Of a DNA stretch of 64,000 nucleotides, positions 20,675 through 33,313 are shown piece after piece. Position 1 is the first letter of the stretch; each line of letters opens with the position of its first letter. Source of the DNA: Cyanobacteriota bacterium (GTDB lineage Bacteria; Cyanobacteriota; Cyanobacteriia; Thermostichales; Thermostichaceae); NCBI GenBank assembly GCA_033764955.1, contig JANRIL010000030.1, forward strand, positions 1-64,000. Direction: 5' to 3'. A program made the translations under genes and the position numbers. Under the pieces are notes generated by a model. It saw only the letters and a program-made list of their open reading frames with translations, had not been told where the DNA came from and searched no databases.

Positions 20675-21502
20675 CTATTGTTGCAAGGTCATGATTTCTT
20701 GATAGGTGTTGCTGAGAAACCAGCGATCAATCTCGCGTGCCCGCAAAACCGGAACTGGATGGGTGCGTCCCACTGTCTGCATTTGTTTGATCTGAAATTG
20801 CCATTCATCTTGATCCAGTTCGGCATAGGTACGAGCTTGCTCCAGAAAAGCTTTCACACTTAATCTTTGCGCCAACATGGGGGATCCTCCGCATAATTTC
20901 ATCAACACTGAGATAACGGTTTCGGCTTTTTGGCTGACCAGGAGAGCTGCTCGATCACAGCTAAATTCGGCACACTGCACCCATTGCATCAACTGATCTT
21001 GTAGGGTTTGTTGAAAAAGACCACCAAAGGGAATTAAGCTTGCCGATAGCATTAAAATATTTGCCATGGTCAGATAAACGCCATGATTACATTTGAGGTG
21101 ACCTAATTCATGAGCCAACACCACCTGAATTTCGGCAGGTTCTAATAAATCCAAAAGGGAACTGTGCATGACGATGAACGGTTGTTTCCCTTGCATCGCA
21201 AAAGTATAAGCGTTGGGAACCGGATTTTGTCGAATATAAAGCTGCGGAACCTGTAAGTCCAAGATTTTGCAGGCATCTACCAACAGTTGATAAATATCCG
21301 GCAGTTGATTTTCGTTGATCTGGATGCTGGAGGCCATATTATCCAGATAAAAGATTTGCTCGGCGGTGGATCCTAGGAGATTTTGAATGAGGAATTGTAG
21401 CCCCGGCAATTGTTGGAGAGAGCGGGTTGCTTGCCGATCAATGGGGTGGCGAAACTGATCGGCTCGTAAACCATAGAGGATGCGGGGGGTTGGATTAAGC
21501 AT
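20675..21502 (-). CDS. M48 family zinc metallopeptidase
   Basis: PNAYT, LAHELGH, EFSCDRA, THP. Confidence 0.92.
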   Translation of the reverse strand: MLNPTPRILYGLRADQFRHPIDRQATRSLQQLPGLQFLIQNLLGSTAEQIFYLDNMASSIQINENQLPDIYQLLVDACKILDLQVPQLYIRQNPVPNAYTFAMQGKQPFIVMHSSLLDLLEPAEIQVVLAHELGHLKCNHGVYLTMANILMLSASLIPFGGLFQQTLQDQLMQWVQCAEFSCDRAALLVSQKAETVISVLMKLCGGSPMLAQRLSVKAFLEQARTYAELDQDEWQFQIKQMQTVGRTHPVPVLRAREIDRWFLSNTYQEIMTLQQ

Positions 21503-21661
21503 AATGGTTTCTCTCAGGAATCGTTGCGGGAGGAGCTAGGTTCTCGTCAGAACAACCGCCCATTTCCAGGATAGACCCTCTCTTCGGGATCCCTCAGCGG
21601 GTCGGCCATCCATCTCACCGGATCCCCTTTATTGAGGGATGGAGAACAGGCATTGGTCAGC

Positions 21662-22780
21662 CTAGATTTGGCTGAAATGGCAACCCAGCCAGACCAAAAT
21701 AGCTGTTACTCCATAAAAGGTTGCCACCACTCGCCGTTCTGACCAACCGCTCAACTCCAGATGATGGTGCAGGGGGGACATTTTGAAGAGGCGCTGTCCT
21801 TGACCTGTGCGTCGCTTAGTATATTTGAAATAACTGACTTGCAGGATGACAGAAAGGGCTTCCATCACCAGGATCCCCCCCATCAAAGCCAATGCCCAGA
21901 GACTATCCCCCAGCAGCGCCATCCCCGCTAAAGCCCCTCCCAATGCCAAAGATCCCGTATCCCCCATAAACACTTGTGCAGGATTGCGGTTGTGTGCCAA
22001 AAAGCCGAGACAACTTCCCGCTAGGCAAAACCCAAAGATGGCTAAGTTGGGATCCACAGCCAGTAGCCCCAGCCCCACCAACATTAAAGCAACCACCCCC
22101 GCCGCCAAGCCATCCACCCCATCGGTGATGTTGACCGCGTTGTTAGTGCCAACCAGAACAAACAAAACCAGCGGCCAAAATCCCCAACCGAGAGCTACGG
22201 TTCCCAGCCACGGCAGGGTGATGTGCCAAGGGATCCCTGACCACGCCAGCCAAAGGGCAAACAGCCCACCGATCCCGATCTGCCACAAAAACTTTTGCCG
22301 AGGGGTCAGCCCCTTATTGGACTGTTGCCGAATGACCTGCCAGTCGTCCAGCCATCCCACCCATCCATAGGCGAGGGTGAGGACAGCCACAGCCAGCACC
22401 TGTGGGTTGGCTTGCGTCCAGATCACGGCCACCAACAATCCCACAGGGACAAAATAGATCCCTCCCATCGTAGGAGTTCCAGCCTTTTTGAGGTGGGATT
22501 GGGGGCCATCTTCCCGAATCACCTGCCCCGTTTTGAGGCGACGCAGCAACGGCACCGCTCCCATCCCCAACAGCGCTGTTCCTCCTCCACTGATCAGCAA
22601 AGGGATCCACCCCACCCCACCCCCATAAGCCAGCCAGCCGACAATCCCCAGCCACAAAAGCAGGGCTAACTGTTGACCGGTGCCCCAAACCCACGGGGAA
22701 GCCTCCAATGGCGGGGCGGGAGGGGATGGGGATTCGTCGGGTATCAAGGCATCTGGCGGCAAGGATTCAGACATGATCAA
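21662..22780 (-). CDS. mraY: Phospho-N-acetylmuramoyl-pentapeptide transferase
   Basis: KKAGTPTMGG, NAVNITDGVDGL, FMGDTGS, PLHHHLE. Confidence 0.97.
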   Translation of the reverse strand: MIMSESLPPDALIPDESPSPPAPPLEASPWVWGTGQQLALLLWLGIVGWLAYGGGVGWIPLLISGGGTALLGMGAVPLLRRLKTGQVIREDGPQSHLKKAGTPTMGGIYFVPVGLLVAVIWTQANPQVLAVAVLTLAYGWVGWLDDWQVIRQQSNKGLTPRQKFLWQIGIGGLFALWLAWSGIPWHITLPWLGTVALGWGFWPLVLFVLVGTNNAVNITDGVDGLAAGVVALMLVGLGLLAVDPNLAIFGFCLAGSCLGFLAHNRNPAQVFMGDTGSLALGGALAGMALLGDSLWALALMGGILVMEALSVILQVSYFKYTKRRTGQGQRLFKMSPLHHHLELSGWSERRVVATFYGVTAILVWLGCHFSQI

Positions 22781-22853
22781 CAGGCGGGGTTTAGCATGAA
22801 AGGGATCCCTTCTAGCCTACCCAGATTTTTGAACCTCCGTTTGGATTTGCCCC

Positions 22854-23369
22854 ATGATCACCCCTGAGTATGGCCAGGTTCTCGCCAGCTACAACCAATG
22901 GATGAATGACAAACTCTACCGCATCTGCCAGGGGATCCCGCAGGAGGAGCGCCAACAGGAGCGGGGGGCTTTTTTCAAGTCTATCGACGGAACCCTCAAT
23001 CATTTGCTGGTGGGAGACAAAATTTGGTTGGGGAGATTCATCAATCAACCGTTTCGTGCCCCCCTCAACCAAACTCTCTATGCCGATTTTGCCGATCTCT
23101 GGCAGGAACGGCAACGGGTGGATCAGCAGCTTCTGGATTGGGCATCTGGGCTATCGCAGGAGTGGCTAGCCCAACCCTTTAGCTGGACAAGCGGCAGCGA
23201 TGGAGAAACACGGATCCGCCCCACTTGGCTGCTGGTTGCCCACCTGTTTAACCACCAAACCCACCATCGGGGACAGCTTACTACCTTGCTCAGCCAAATG
23301 GGTAGGGATCCCGGTGTGACGGATTTGCCCTGGATGCCCACCTTTCACGAGGCTCAGGGTTCATCCTGA
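22854..23369 (+). CDS. DinB family protein
   Basis: YNQWMN, FFKSI.GTLNH, HLFNHQTHHRGQ. Confidence 0.92.
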   Translation: MITPEYGQVLASYNQWMNDKLYRICQGIPQEERQQERGAFFKSIDGTLNHLLVGDKIWLGRFINQPFRAPLNQTLYADFADLWQERQRVDQQLLDWASGLSQEWLAQPFSWTSGSDGETRIRPTWLLVAHLFNHQTHHRGQLTTLLSQMGRDPGVTDLPWMPTFHEAQGSS

Positions 23370-23394
23370 CTTGTGTAGGGTTGATGAAATTCAC

Positions 23395-24381
23395 TTACCC
23401 CCAGAGGCTGACCCAGAAGGGCAGTGTCAGCAACGCCATCAGATAGCCCGCCGCCAAAGCCGCCACTGTGATCGAGCGATCCAGGTTATATTCCTCTGAT
23501 AAAACCAGCGTGGCAATAGCGGGAGGCATCCCGGACTGGAGGACGATCATCAACTTCGCCATGCCTGGGAGGGGCATGAGGGCAAGCATCAACCCGACAA
23601 GGCTGGGCACGATCACCAACTTAATTAGGAGAGCCACCCAGGCTTTTTGTAACCCCGACCAATCCCGCACTTGCGCCAAGCGCATCCCCAAGAGAAGCAA
23701 GCTGACGGGAATCATCGCCCAGGCAAATCCCCGTAACCCACTCGTCAACCAGTGAGGCAGAGGTGTTTGTGCCAATCCCAAGCCAACGACAAATGCCCAA
23801 AGCGAAGGAGTGCGGAGTAGGTGAAGCCATATCTGGGATCCCTTCGCTTGAATCTCTCCATGACGACTGGCTACCCATACCCCAAAGCCATAGGCTCCAA
23901 AAAGGGTGCCAATCGAGTCGTAAAGCAGCGCCCAGATAAAGTAACTGGATCCCCCGATAGCCAGACAAATCGGAAAGCCGATGTAACCCGTATTGCCTAA
24001 CATCGCCGCCAACTGAAAACTACCCTCTTCCGCCCGTGACCAAGCGGGGATGGCGGTGGGGGCATGGTGCTCAGCAGTCCACCCCCCTCTTCGCCAGCAG
24101 AACCCCTTCCCCCGTAGCTGCACCCACCCCCAGGCTAACCCTCCCCCCAACCCGACGGCGGACAACCCGAAAAGGGGAGCTACCCAAGCGGTTAGATTTA
24201 AGGGGGTTTCCAACAAAAAACCCACAATACTGAGGGGCACCCCCACCCAGAACATAAATCGTCCCAGTGGATAGGGGCCAATATAGGCCAACCAACCCGT
24301 CGGCATCCACCGTCCCCCCGCTGTCCCCAGCAGCGTCCAGCCCAACAGCGGCAGGTAGACTTGCCACAAAATCGCCGTCAC
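23395..24381 (-). CDS. AEC (auxin efflux carrier) family transporter
   Basis: GNTGYIGFP, P.SLLLLG, GMPPA; polytopic membrane protein. Confidence 0.88.
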   Translation of the reverse strand: MTAILWQVYLPLLGWTLLGTAGGRWMPTGWLAYIGPYPLGRFMFWVGVPLSIVGFLLETPLNLTAWVAPLFGLSAVGLGGGLAWGWVQLRGKGFCWRRGGWTAEHHAPTAIPAWSRAEEGSFQLAAMLGNTGYIGFPICLAIGGSSYFIWALLYDSIGTLFGAYGFGVWVASRHGEIQAKGSQIWLHLLRTPSLWAFVVGLGLAQTPLPHWLTSGLRGFAWAMIPVSLLLLGMRLAQVRDWSGLQKAWVALLIKLVIVPSLVGLMLALMPLPGMAKLMIVLQSGMPPAIATLVLSEEYNLDRSITVAALAAGYLMALLTLPFWVSLWG

Positions 24382-24424
24382 GCCAGACTCTCGCCCAGGG
24401 ATCCCTGCCAGAAAGTCAGCCCAT

Positions 24425-25666
24425 TCATGAGGTTTGGCTCAATCCCTTGAGGGCAAAGATATTAAGGATGACCGCTTCAACGGTGCGATCCGGCGTGGAA
24501 GCCCCTGATGTCACCCCCACCGTTACAGGACCAGCGGGTAACCAGTTTTCCTCAACCCGCAGTTCTCCCTCTAGGGTTTTATGGCGAATCTGATTGTTGG
24601 AGGTGATGCAGTCGGGACTATTGATGTGATAGGACTGCAACCCTTTGGCGAGGGCAATTTCTTGCAGATGGGTAGTATTAGAAGAATTAAACCCACCGAT
24701 CACCACCATGCAATCGAGAGGTTGCTCGATCAACTCAAACATGGCATCTTGCCGCTCTTGGGTGGCATTGCAGATGGTGTTAAAGCTCATGAAGTGCTCA
24801 TTCAAATGCTGCGGGCCATATTTGCGGAGCATGGTTGTCTCAAACAGTTTGGCAATAGCGCGGGTTTCCCCCTCCAGCATCGTCGTCTGATTGGCGATGC
24901 CCACCTGCTGCAAGTCTTGATCGGGATCCAACCCTGGGGAGGAAGCTTTAGCAAAACGGCGGCGAAACTCGGACGGATCCCCCCCCTGCAAAATATAGTG
25001 GGCTACCCATTCTGCCTCCTGCAAATTTAAGACCACCAGGTATTTTTGAGCAAAGGAACTGGTGGCTATGGTTTCTTCGTGGTTATATTTGCCGTGAATA
25101 ATCGAGGTAAATTGGGCGGCGCGGTGTTTGTCCACCTGGTTCCAAACCCGTGAGACCCAGGGGCAGGTGGTATCAACAATTTCGTTGCCCCGTTGCCGAA
25201 AAAACTCCATCTCCTGCACACTCGCCCCAAAAGCAGGCCACAAAATGACATCCTCCGGCTGGATAGGGGAAAAATCCTTCTGCCCATTCTGGCTATCCAC
25301 AAAGCGGATCCCCATATCCAAGAGGTGTTGATTGACCTGCGGGTTATGGATGATTTCGTTAGTAATCCACAGTTGGCGATGGGGATAGCGACGACGGGCT
25401 TCGTAGGCATATTCCACCGCCCGCTCTACCCCCCAACAAAAACCAAAGGCTTTGGCGAGGCGAATGGTTACATCCCCCTGCTGATAGACGTAGCCATTGG
25501 TGCGGATTTTCTCGACTAAAGGACTTTGATAGGTTCCTTGCAACTCCCCTTGCACATCCTGTTTGTGCTCTTCAAATCCCTTGGCAAAGTAAGTGTCGGA
25601 CTGGCGCAGGGCACGCCGCAATTCCTTGGGATCCGGGGAGTGGAGAGGGGTGGAGAGGTCAGTCAT
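24425..25666 (-). CDS. ispH: 4-hydroxy-3-methylbut-2-enyl diphosphate reductase
   Basis: [39 protein letters not shown]. Confidence 0.98.
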   Translation of the reverse strand: MTDLSTPLHSPDPKELRRALRQSDTYFAKGFEEHKQDVQGELQGTYQSPLVEKIRTNGYVYQQGDVTIRLAKAFGFCWGVERAVEYAYEARRRYPHRQLWITNEIIHNPQVNQHLLDMGIRFVDSQNGQKDFSPIQPEDVILWPAFGASVQEMEFFRQRGNEIVDTTCPWVSRVWNQVDKHRAAQFTSIIHGKYNHEETIATSSFAQKYLVVLNLQEAEWVAHYILQGGDPSEFRRRFAKASSPGLDPDQDLQQVGIANQTTMLEGETRAIAKLFETTMLRKYGPQHLNEHFMSFNTICNATQERQDAMFELIEQPLDCMVVIGGFNSSNTTHLQEIALAKGLQSYHINSPDCITSNNQIRHKTLEGELRVEENWLPAGPVTVGVTSGASTPDRTVEAVILNIFALKGLSQTS

Positions 25667-25797
25667 AGAAGGAACAAGCGGATAACAATCAGGGGGGATC
25701 CCCAGGCATGGAGATGGCTACCCCTTCAGCTTACGCCAACTCTTTCGATCCCCCACGTCCATTTTTGACGCGGCTCCCTTGGGCAACCCGTAAGAAG

Positions 25798-26067
25798 CTA
25801 GCTGGCTTGGGGTATTAGTTCTTTTGGATCCGGATTGGCTTCCCGTACCTCGCCAGCAATCAGGGCTTCGAGCAGGCGATCCACCGCCTGTTGCTCAACC
25901 TCCCCACAGGGATTGTTTTGCAGGAGAATTTTAAGTTGCCGTTCCTGTCTAGCCGTCAAGAGATGGGTGCGAAAAGCCTCATCAATGATCATCAAGAGGG
26001 CTGACATCGGCTGAGCATCCCAAGGGGTAGCAGGAGCTACTTTTAAGTGGGGAGGAATCGTGGGCAT
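25798..26067 (-). CDS. Small cyanobacterial hypothetical protein
   Basis: 89-aa ORF with LT..QE.QL...E..A.D.L..AL..G.V pattern; fills an intergenic gap. Confidence 0.6.
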   Translation of the reverse strand: MPTIPPHLKVAPATPWDAQPMSALLMIIDEAFRTHLLTARQERQLKILLQNNPCGEVEQQAVDRLLEALIAGEVREANPDPKELIPQAS

Positions 26068-26305
26068 GGCAGATCAGAAAAGGGGAGTAACAGCGACAAA
26101 ATAAGACCAATCAACAGGAGAGGATTCTCATCAGGTGGATTCACCTAACTTGATTGAGGGATCCCAGGCTAACCTTCTCTTATCAAACTAGATAAGTGAT
26201 CGAGAAAAAATGGGGAAAGCACAGAGATCGCACTACTTTTTCCATCAAGAATGATTGCGGTCAATAGCTTCACGAAAAGTTACTATAAACACAACCCATC
26301 GATGA

Positions 26306-27055
26306 CTAGGTATTAGAAACTACCCTTTGCAACACTTCCTGATAGCCGGCGGCGGGATCCCCCAAATCAAAGCGAAACAAATCCTTATCCAAGACCCGTT
26401 GCTCATCCCCCTGGCTGGCTTGTAAATCCCAAAGGCGGCAGGTATCGGGACTAATTTCATCCGCTAATAAAAGATGCTGCTGGCTGTCTAGCCCAAACTC
26501 CAACTTAAAATCAATCAGTTCCAACTGGCAGCGCTGAAAGAAATGTTGCAGGTGTTGGTTGATCCGAAGCGCCAATTGACGACAAATTTCCACCTGTTCG
26601 GGGGTGGCTAAATGCAGCAGTTGAATGTGATCGAGGGTAACTAAGGGATCCCCTAGATCATCGTTTTTATAAAAGAACTCGACAAGGGGCGGGGAGAGGG
26701 AACGACCCCGCTCGATCCCCAAGCGGCGACAGAGGCTACCCGCCGCTCGATTTCGCACCACCACCTCAATCGGCAGAATCGTCACCGCTTTGACCTGGAG
26801 GGTGTTGGGGGAAAGCTGGGCTAAAAAATGGGTTGGGATCCCTTGTTGGTGGAGATAGATGAACAGATGAGCGGCAATCGTGCCATTGACCTGTCCTTTC
26901 TGAGGGATGGTGCCTTTTTTTTGAGCGTTAAAGGCGGTGGCATCATCCTTAAATTGGCAAATCAACACCTCTGGATCATCCGTTTGATAAACTCGCTTGG
27001 CCTTGCCTTCATAAAGCAAGGGGAGCGGGAGCGGATCCACCATCACCCGATCCAT
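26306..27055 (-). CDS. purC: SAICAR synthase
   Basis: LYEGKAK, FKDDATAFN, DFKLEFG, LADEISPDTCRLWD. Confidence 0.98.
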   Translation of the reverse strand: MDRVMVDPLPLPLLYEGKAKRVYQTDDPEVLICQFKDDATAFNAQKKGTIPQKGQVNGTIAAHLFIYLHQQGIPTHFLAQLSPNTLQVKAVTILPIEVVVRNRAAGSLCRRLGIERGRSLSPPLVEFFYKNDDLGDPLVTLDHIQLLHLATPEQVEICRQLALRINQHLQHFFQRCQLELIDFKLEFGLDSQQHLLLADEISPDTCRLWDLQASQGDEQRVLDKDLFRFDLGDPAAGYQEVLQRVVSNT

Positions 27056-27375
27056 TAAGCAACCTGCTGCTGCAAACGATCCACCAACACTTTCGGCTGG
27101 AGAACCCCCTCAATCCGGTCAATTGGCTGACCATTCTTGAAGAGGATCAGGGTGGGGAGGGCATTGATTTGCCACTGCATGGCAATCTGGGGATACTTTT
27201 CCGTGTCCACCTTCACAATTGCCACCCGTTCTCCCACCTCGGCTTTGACTTGATCCAAAACCCCGGCCATCAGGCGGCAGGGTCCACACCACGAGGCATA
27301 AAAATCGACCAAGACAGGAGTCTCTGAGTGCTCGATCATGTCGGCGAAACTCTTGAATTGTTGTTTGTGAGCCAT
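27055..27375 (-). CDS. trxA: Thioredoxin (probably y-type)
   Basis: DFYASWCGPC; N-terminus KQQFKSF. Confidence 0.92.
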   Translation of the reverse strand: MAHKQQFKSFADMIEHSETPVLVDFYASWCGPCRLMAGVLDQVKAEVGERVAIVKVDTEKYPQIAMQWQINALPTLILFKNGQPIDRIEGVLQPKVLVDRLQQQVA

Positions 27376-27711
27376 GATTTTTGGGATCCCTTACGACATA
27401 AGATGGCTGAATCTAGCTTAGCCCTCCTGCCCTCCTGCCTGGAATAAGTTGCAGGTTCCTTAAAGATTTCTCCACAACTATCTACAAATTATCCGTAGGC
27501 TGGGGTTGGTGAGGGCAAAAATGGGGGGAGGAATCTTCCCAATTGCCAACAAGTTCCCCCTAAAATAAGCTGAGGACAGAGGCTTGACCTTCTCCTCACT
27601 CGTTGGTCAAGTGAGCCAAGACCCACAAGGGCTTCGTGAAAATCAACCCAGCCATGATGGTGAATTGCTGTTAACGTTTTCCTCTTTAGAATTTTTGATT
27701 AAGGAGCGGGT

Positions 27712-28167
27712 ATGGTCAGAGCCTCATCCCAAGCCGGACAAAGCAAGATGCGGAATGTGTTGGTGGTCAAGGAAAATAACGGCGGTCTGCGAGCCGTATC
27801 GTTAGAAGCCGCCACCTATTCTTTGGGACGGGATCCCACCAACAGTATTTTGTTAGAAGCCGAGCGCATCTCTCGCCACCATGCCATTTTGATGCGGGTG
27901 CCAGAGGGAAAAGGCTATGTCTATCGCATCATGGACGGTAACTTAGTGGGAGAACCCAGTCGCAACGGCATCACCGTCAACGGCGAGAAAGTCACCTCCC
28001 ATGACCTACAGGATGGGGACACGATTATTTTTGGCGGGGCGATTAAAGCCCAGTATTACCATCGTGAGATGTCAGACGAAGACTTTAGCAAATACATTCA
28101 GTCGGTTGCCCTACGAAGCATTCGCTCTGAACCTGTAGATACCATGTCAACTATTGTGGATTTCTAG
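27712..28167 (+). CDS. FHA domain protein
   Basis: LGRD, SRHHA, SRNG FHA motifs. Confidence 0.9.
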   Translation: MVRASSQAGQSKMRNVLVVKENNGGLRAVSLEAATYSLGRDPTNSILLEAERISRHHAILMRVPEGKGYVYRIMDGNLVGEPSRNGITVNGEKVTSHDLQDGDTIIFGGAIKAQYYHREMSDEDFSKYIQSVALRSIRSEPVDTMSTIVDF

Positions 28168-28369
28168 TCTGAATGGGATCCGGATTCAGATCTGGTCAGA
28201 TCTGGATAGTTCAGCAGATCCAGTGGAGATTTGGCATCCATCTTTAGATCAAGAATCGTCCTTGTGTTCAGGCTAGATCAACTCGATCAATCAACTCTCT
28301 GATAGAGCAGTAATGTGATGGAGCCGTAATCAGGGTAAATTTTGTGTAAATGTTATGGGTCTTTAGGAC

Positions 28370-29149
28370 ATGACCTATTGCCTAGGTGTTATTACCCGTT
28401 CAGGATTAGTTTTTGCGGCTGACTCTCGCACCAATGCCGGAGTCGATTATATCTCGACTTACCAAAAATTATTTGATTTTTCTCTGCCAGGAGAACGGGT
28501 CATCATCATTTGCACGTCGGGTAATTTAGCGATAACACAAGGGGTTTTGATCAAGCTTCAGCGCGATCTGCGGGTACAGGAAGAGGCTAATCTACATTCC
28601 CTGCCCAACCTTTATGAAATTGCTCGCTATATTGGCTCTAAAATCCGGCACATTCAGGAGCAGGATCGCCCGTGGTTGGAAAAAGATGGTATTGATTTTC
28701 AGTGTAATTTCTTGCTGGGTGGACAAATTCAGGGACAAGAACCAGAATTATATTTAATTTATAGTCAGGGAAATTGCATTCAAGCGACGCCAGAAACGCC
28801 TTTTTTGCAGATTGGAGAAGCAAAATATGGAAAACCAATTTTGGATCGCACTTTGTCCTACGAAATTTCTTTAGAAGCCGCTGCTAAATCGGCTTTGCTC
28901 TCGATTGACTCAACTATGAAATCCAATATATCGGTCGGACCACCTATCGATTTGTTGATGTATCAGGCCAATCATTTTTACATTCACCATCAACTGCGCC
29001 TCCGTTCTGGGGATCCCTATCTCCTCAAAATTCGTAAACTTTGGGAAGCCTCCCTCCGCCAAGCCTTTGAGCAAATGCCGGATATTGAGTGGCAGACCAC
29101 GACAAGCTTACGGACTATTCGGGATTCAACTGATATCGGATTACGCTAG
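28370..29149 (+). CDS. Proteasome-type Ntn protease (Anbu)
   Basis: MTYC...DSRTNAGVD, GNLA.TQ, QIGE.KYGKPILDR, DSTMKSN.SVG.P. Confidence 0.92.
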   Translation: MTYCLGVITRSGLVFAADSRTNAGVDYISTYQKLFDFSLPGERVIIICTSGNLAITQGVLIKLQRDLRVQEEANLHSLPNLYEIARYIGSKIRHIQEQDRPWLEKDGIDFQCNFLLGGQIQGQEPELYLIYSQGNCIQATPETPFLQIGEAKYGKPILDRTLSYEISLEAAAKSALLSIDSTMKSNISVGPPIDLLMYQANHFYIHHQLRLRSGDPYLLKIRKLWEASLRQAFEQMPDIEWQTTTSLRTIRDSTDIGLR

Positions 29150-29245
29150 ACAAGCAGGTTCTATTCCTAGCGTGAAATGAGGCTAATACTTTCATAGTTT
29201 GTGCTAATTTAATAACCATCTTTCCTAATTAGGTGAGACTTCCAG

Positions 29246-30637
29246 ATGCCAGATTCTGAACTGCTCAGTAATCGCTACCACATCATTCGGGCACTGGGCA
29301 CAGGTGGTTTTGGACAAACGTTTTTAGTTGAGGATACCTACCTTCCGTCGCGGCGGCTTTGTGTGGTCAAGCAGTTGAGAGCGGTGGCCGAAACTCCACG
29401 CGGCTATCAAGTTTTGTTAGAGCGCTTTCAACGGGAGGCAGCCGTTTTGGAGGAATTGGGGGAGGCTTGTCGGCAAATTCCCCGCCTTTATGCCCACTTC
29501 GGAGAGAATGATCAGTTTTATCTGGTTCAGGAATGGGTGGATGGAGATACCCTTACCCAGATGGTGGCGCGGGAAGGGGCTTGGAGTGAAGCCCGTGTGA
29601 TGGCTTTTTTGACCTCCCTCCTCCCCGTTTTGGATTTGGTTCACCGCAAACGCATCATTCACCGAGACATCAAACCCGACAACGTTATCATCCGCCGCTC
29701 GGATCAATTGCCGGTTCTGATTGACTTTGGTGCGGTTAAGGAGTCTGTCAATTCCACATTGGTGGGATCCCAGAGCATGGTGATTGGAACCCCTGGCTTT
29801 ATGCCCTCTGATCAGGCGGTAGGACGACCCGTTTTTTCCTCCGATCTCTATGCTCTCAGTCTGACGGCGGTCTTTTTGCTGACCGGAAAATGGCCGGATG
29901 AACTGCCGATTAACCAGGCTACCGGTCAGTATCGCTGGCAAGTTCCTGGCTTAAGCCCTCGCTTGGTGGGAGTGCTCAACAAAGCGATGGAATTTAATCC
30001 ACGTGACCGCTTTAGTACTGCCCGCGATATGTTGGAGGTCTTGGCTCCAGGTAGGGTTCCGGAGCTGTTGGTGACCATACCGCTTCCCTCTTCTCCTACC
30101 CTGCCAGAAACCGTCGGCATTCTGGATAACCCCTCAGGTAGTCCCAAAGCCAGCTCCTCTGCTTCACCGGCTTCACCAACTTCTAGCCAAAAACGTTCTT
30201 TCAGCAGCCAGCCAGTCACAGCCGCTACCCGCCAGTTGAGGATGCCTGCTTCTGGTCAGAAGATGGATGCACGGTTAATCGGGTGGATGGTCATAACCGC
30301 CCTTGGCTTCCTATCCATTTCCTTGACAATGGGCTATCTCCTCTGGGGATCCAATCGGGAGCCGTTGCCCTTGCCAACTACCAGCCCTACCTCTCCAGCT
30401 ACTTTTGTCCCTCTACCCACCGCCACCTCGCCCAGCCCTTTACCCTCACCCCCGCTTACTCCCACCCCTACGCCTCTGCCCTCACCCCTGCTTACTCCCA
30501 CTCCCACTCAAATTCCGCTCCCCGTTTTGCTAACTCCGCCACCTCCGCCACCCCGACCGCTCATTCCGCCACCTCCACCAGCTCCCCCTCCACCGGGATC
30601 CCCGTTACGCATTCGTCCACTCCCCCCTCCCCCTTGA
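29246..30637 (+). CDS. Membrane Ser/Thr protein kinase with Pro-rich C-terminal tail
   Basis: LGTGGFG, VVK, HRDIKPDN, DFG, GTPGF; one TM helix followed by P/T/S repeats. Confidence 0.93.
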   Translation: MPDSELLSNRYHIIRALGTGGFGQTFLVEDTYLPSRRLCVVKQLRAVAETPRGYQVLLERFQREAAVLEELGEACRQIPRLYAHFGENDQFYLVQEWVDGDTLTQMVAREGAWSEARVMAFLTSLLPVLDLVHRKRIIHRDIKPDNVIIRRSDQLPVLIDFGAVKESVNSTLVGSQSMVIGTPGFMPSDQAVGRPVFSSDLYALSLTAVFLLTGKWPDELPINQATGQYRWQVPGLSPRLVGVLNKAMEFNPRDRFSTARDMLEVLAPGRVPELLVTIPLPSSPTLPETVGILDNPSGSPKASSSASPASPTSSQKRSFSSQPVTAATRQLRMPASGQKMDARLIGWMVITALGFLSISLTMGYLLWGSNREPLPLPTTSPTSPATFVPLPTATSPSPLPSPPLTPTPTPLPSPLLTPTPTQIPLPVLLTPPPPPPRPLIPPPPPAPPPPGSPLRIRPLPPPP

Positions 30638-30952
30638 GTTCTCCCTCAGGGGTCTTGTTGCCGTGGCCTAGCTGTGATGGATCCTCACAGAGCCTAGGTC
30701 TGAATAGCCCTGGATTTTCCTCACCTGTCAATTTGGGAGGTTCAGCAGCAGGCTGAGCTGAGGGAGTTGAGCCAAGCAGTCACAAACTTCTCCAGACCTG
30801 AGCTACCCTCCTTCATCTGCCTGGTTTTTCAGGAGATTAAATGGGTGGGAGCTTAGGTAAACGTCTGGGGAAGGCAAAAATCAACAGAGCCTAGCTCGTT
30901 GCATAGGTTGCATAGTTGGGGTGAAAGCCTTTTGGCTGAAAATTTTTTACTG

Positions 30953-31019
30953 AAAAAGAGGGCTGGGACTTTCCGTGTTGCGTCGCCACCCCTCTTCTCC
31001 AGTGTTCACTCCTCACCTT
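30953..31019 (-). ncRNA. yfr2: Probable Yfr2-family cyanobacterial small RNA
   Basis: TAAAAT -10 box at 31026-31031 (minus); 5' segment GGTGAGGAGTGAAC; stem AAGAGGG...CCCTCTT with loop GAC-GCAACACGGAAA-GTC; T-tract. Confidence 0.6.
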
Positions 31020-31076
31020 CGCTGAATTTTAGACGATTTCTCGGATAGAAACAATCCTCGACCCACCTAGACCCCT

Positions 31077-33173
<2,097 letters not shown>

Positions 33174-33313
33174 TCATGACAGCCAGGTCGTCCCTATTAT
33201 GGTATCGAATTGAGATCCTCTCCGACCTGAAGGATCGGGGATTCGGTTTAGGCGAACAATAGCAACTCCTCTTGCTGACTGTCCCGACAGGGTCAATTCT
33301 GTGAAGTATCCAG

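Noticed and set aside
28168..28290. Hairpin tctgaat...attcaga and short cagatctgg repeats
   Set aside because: Consistent with a simple 3' hairpin; no regular repeat-spacer structure.
30420..30637. C-rich tandem repeats including a 36-nt duplication
   Set aside because: They encode the Pro/Thr-rich kinase tail; ordinary low complexity.
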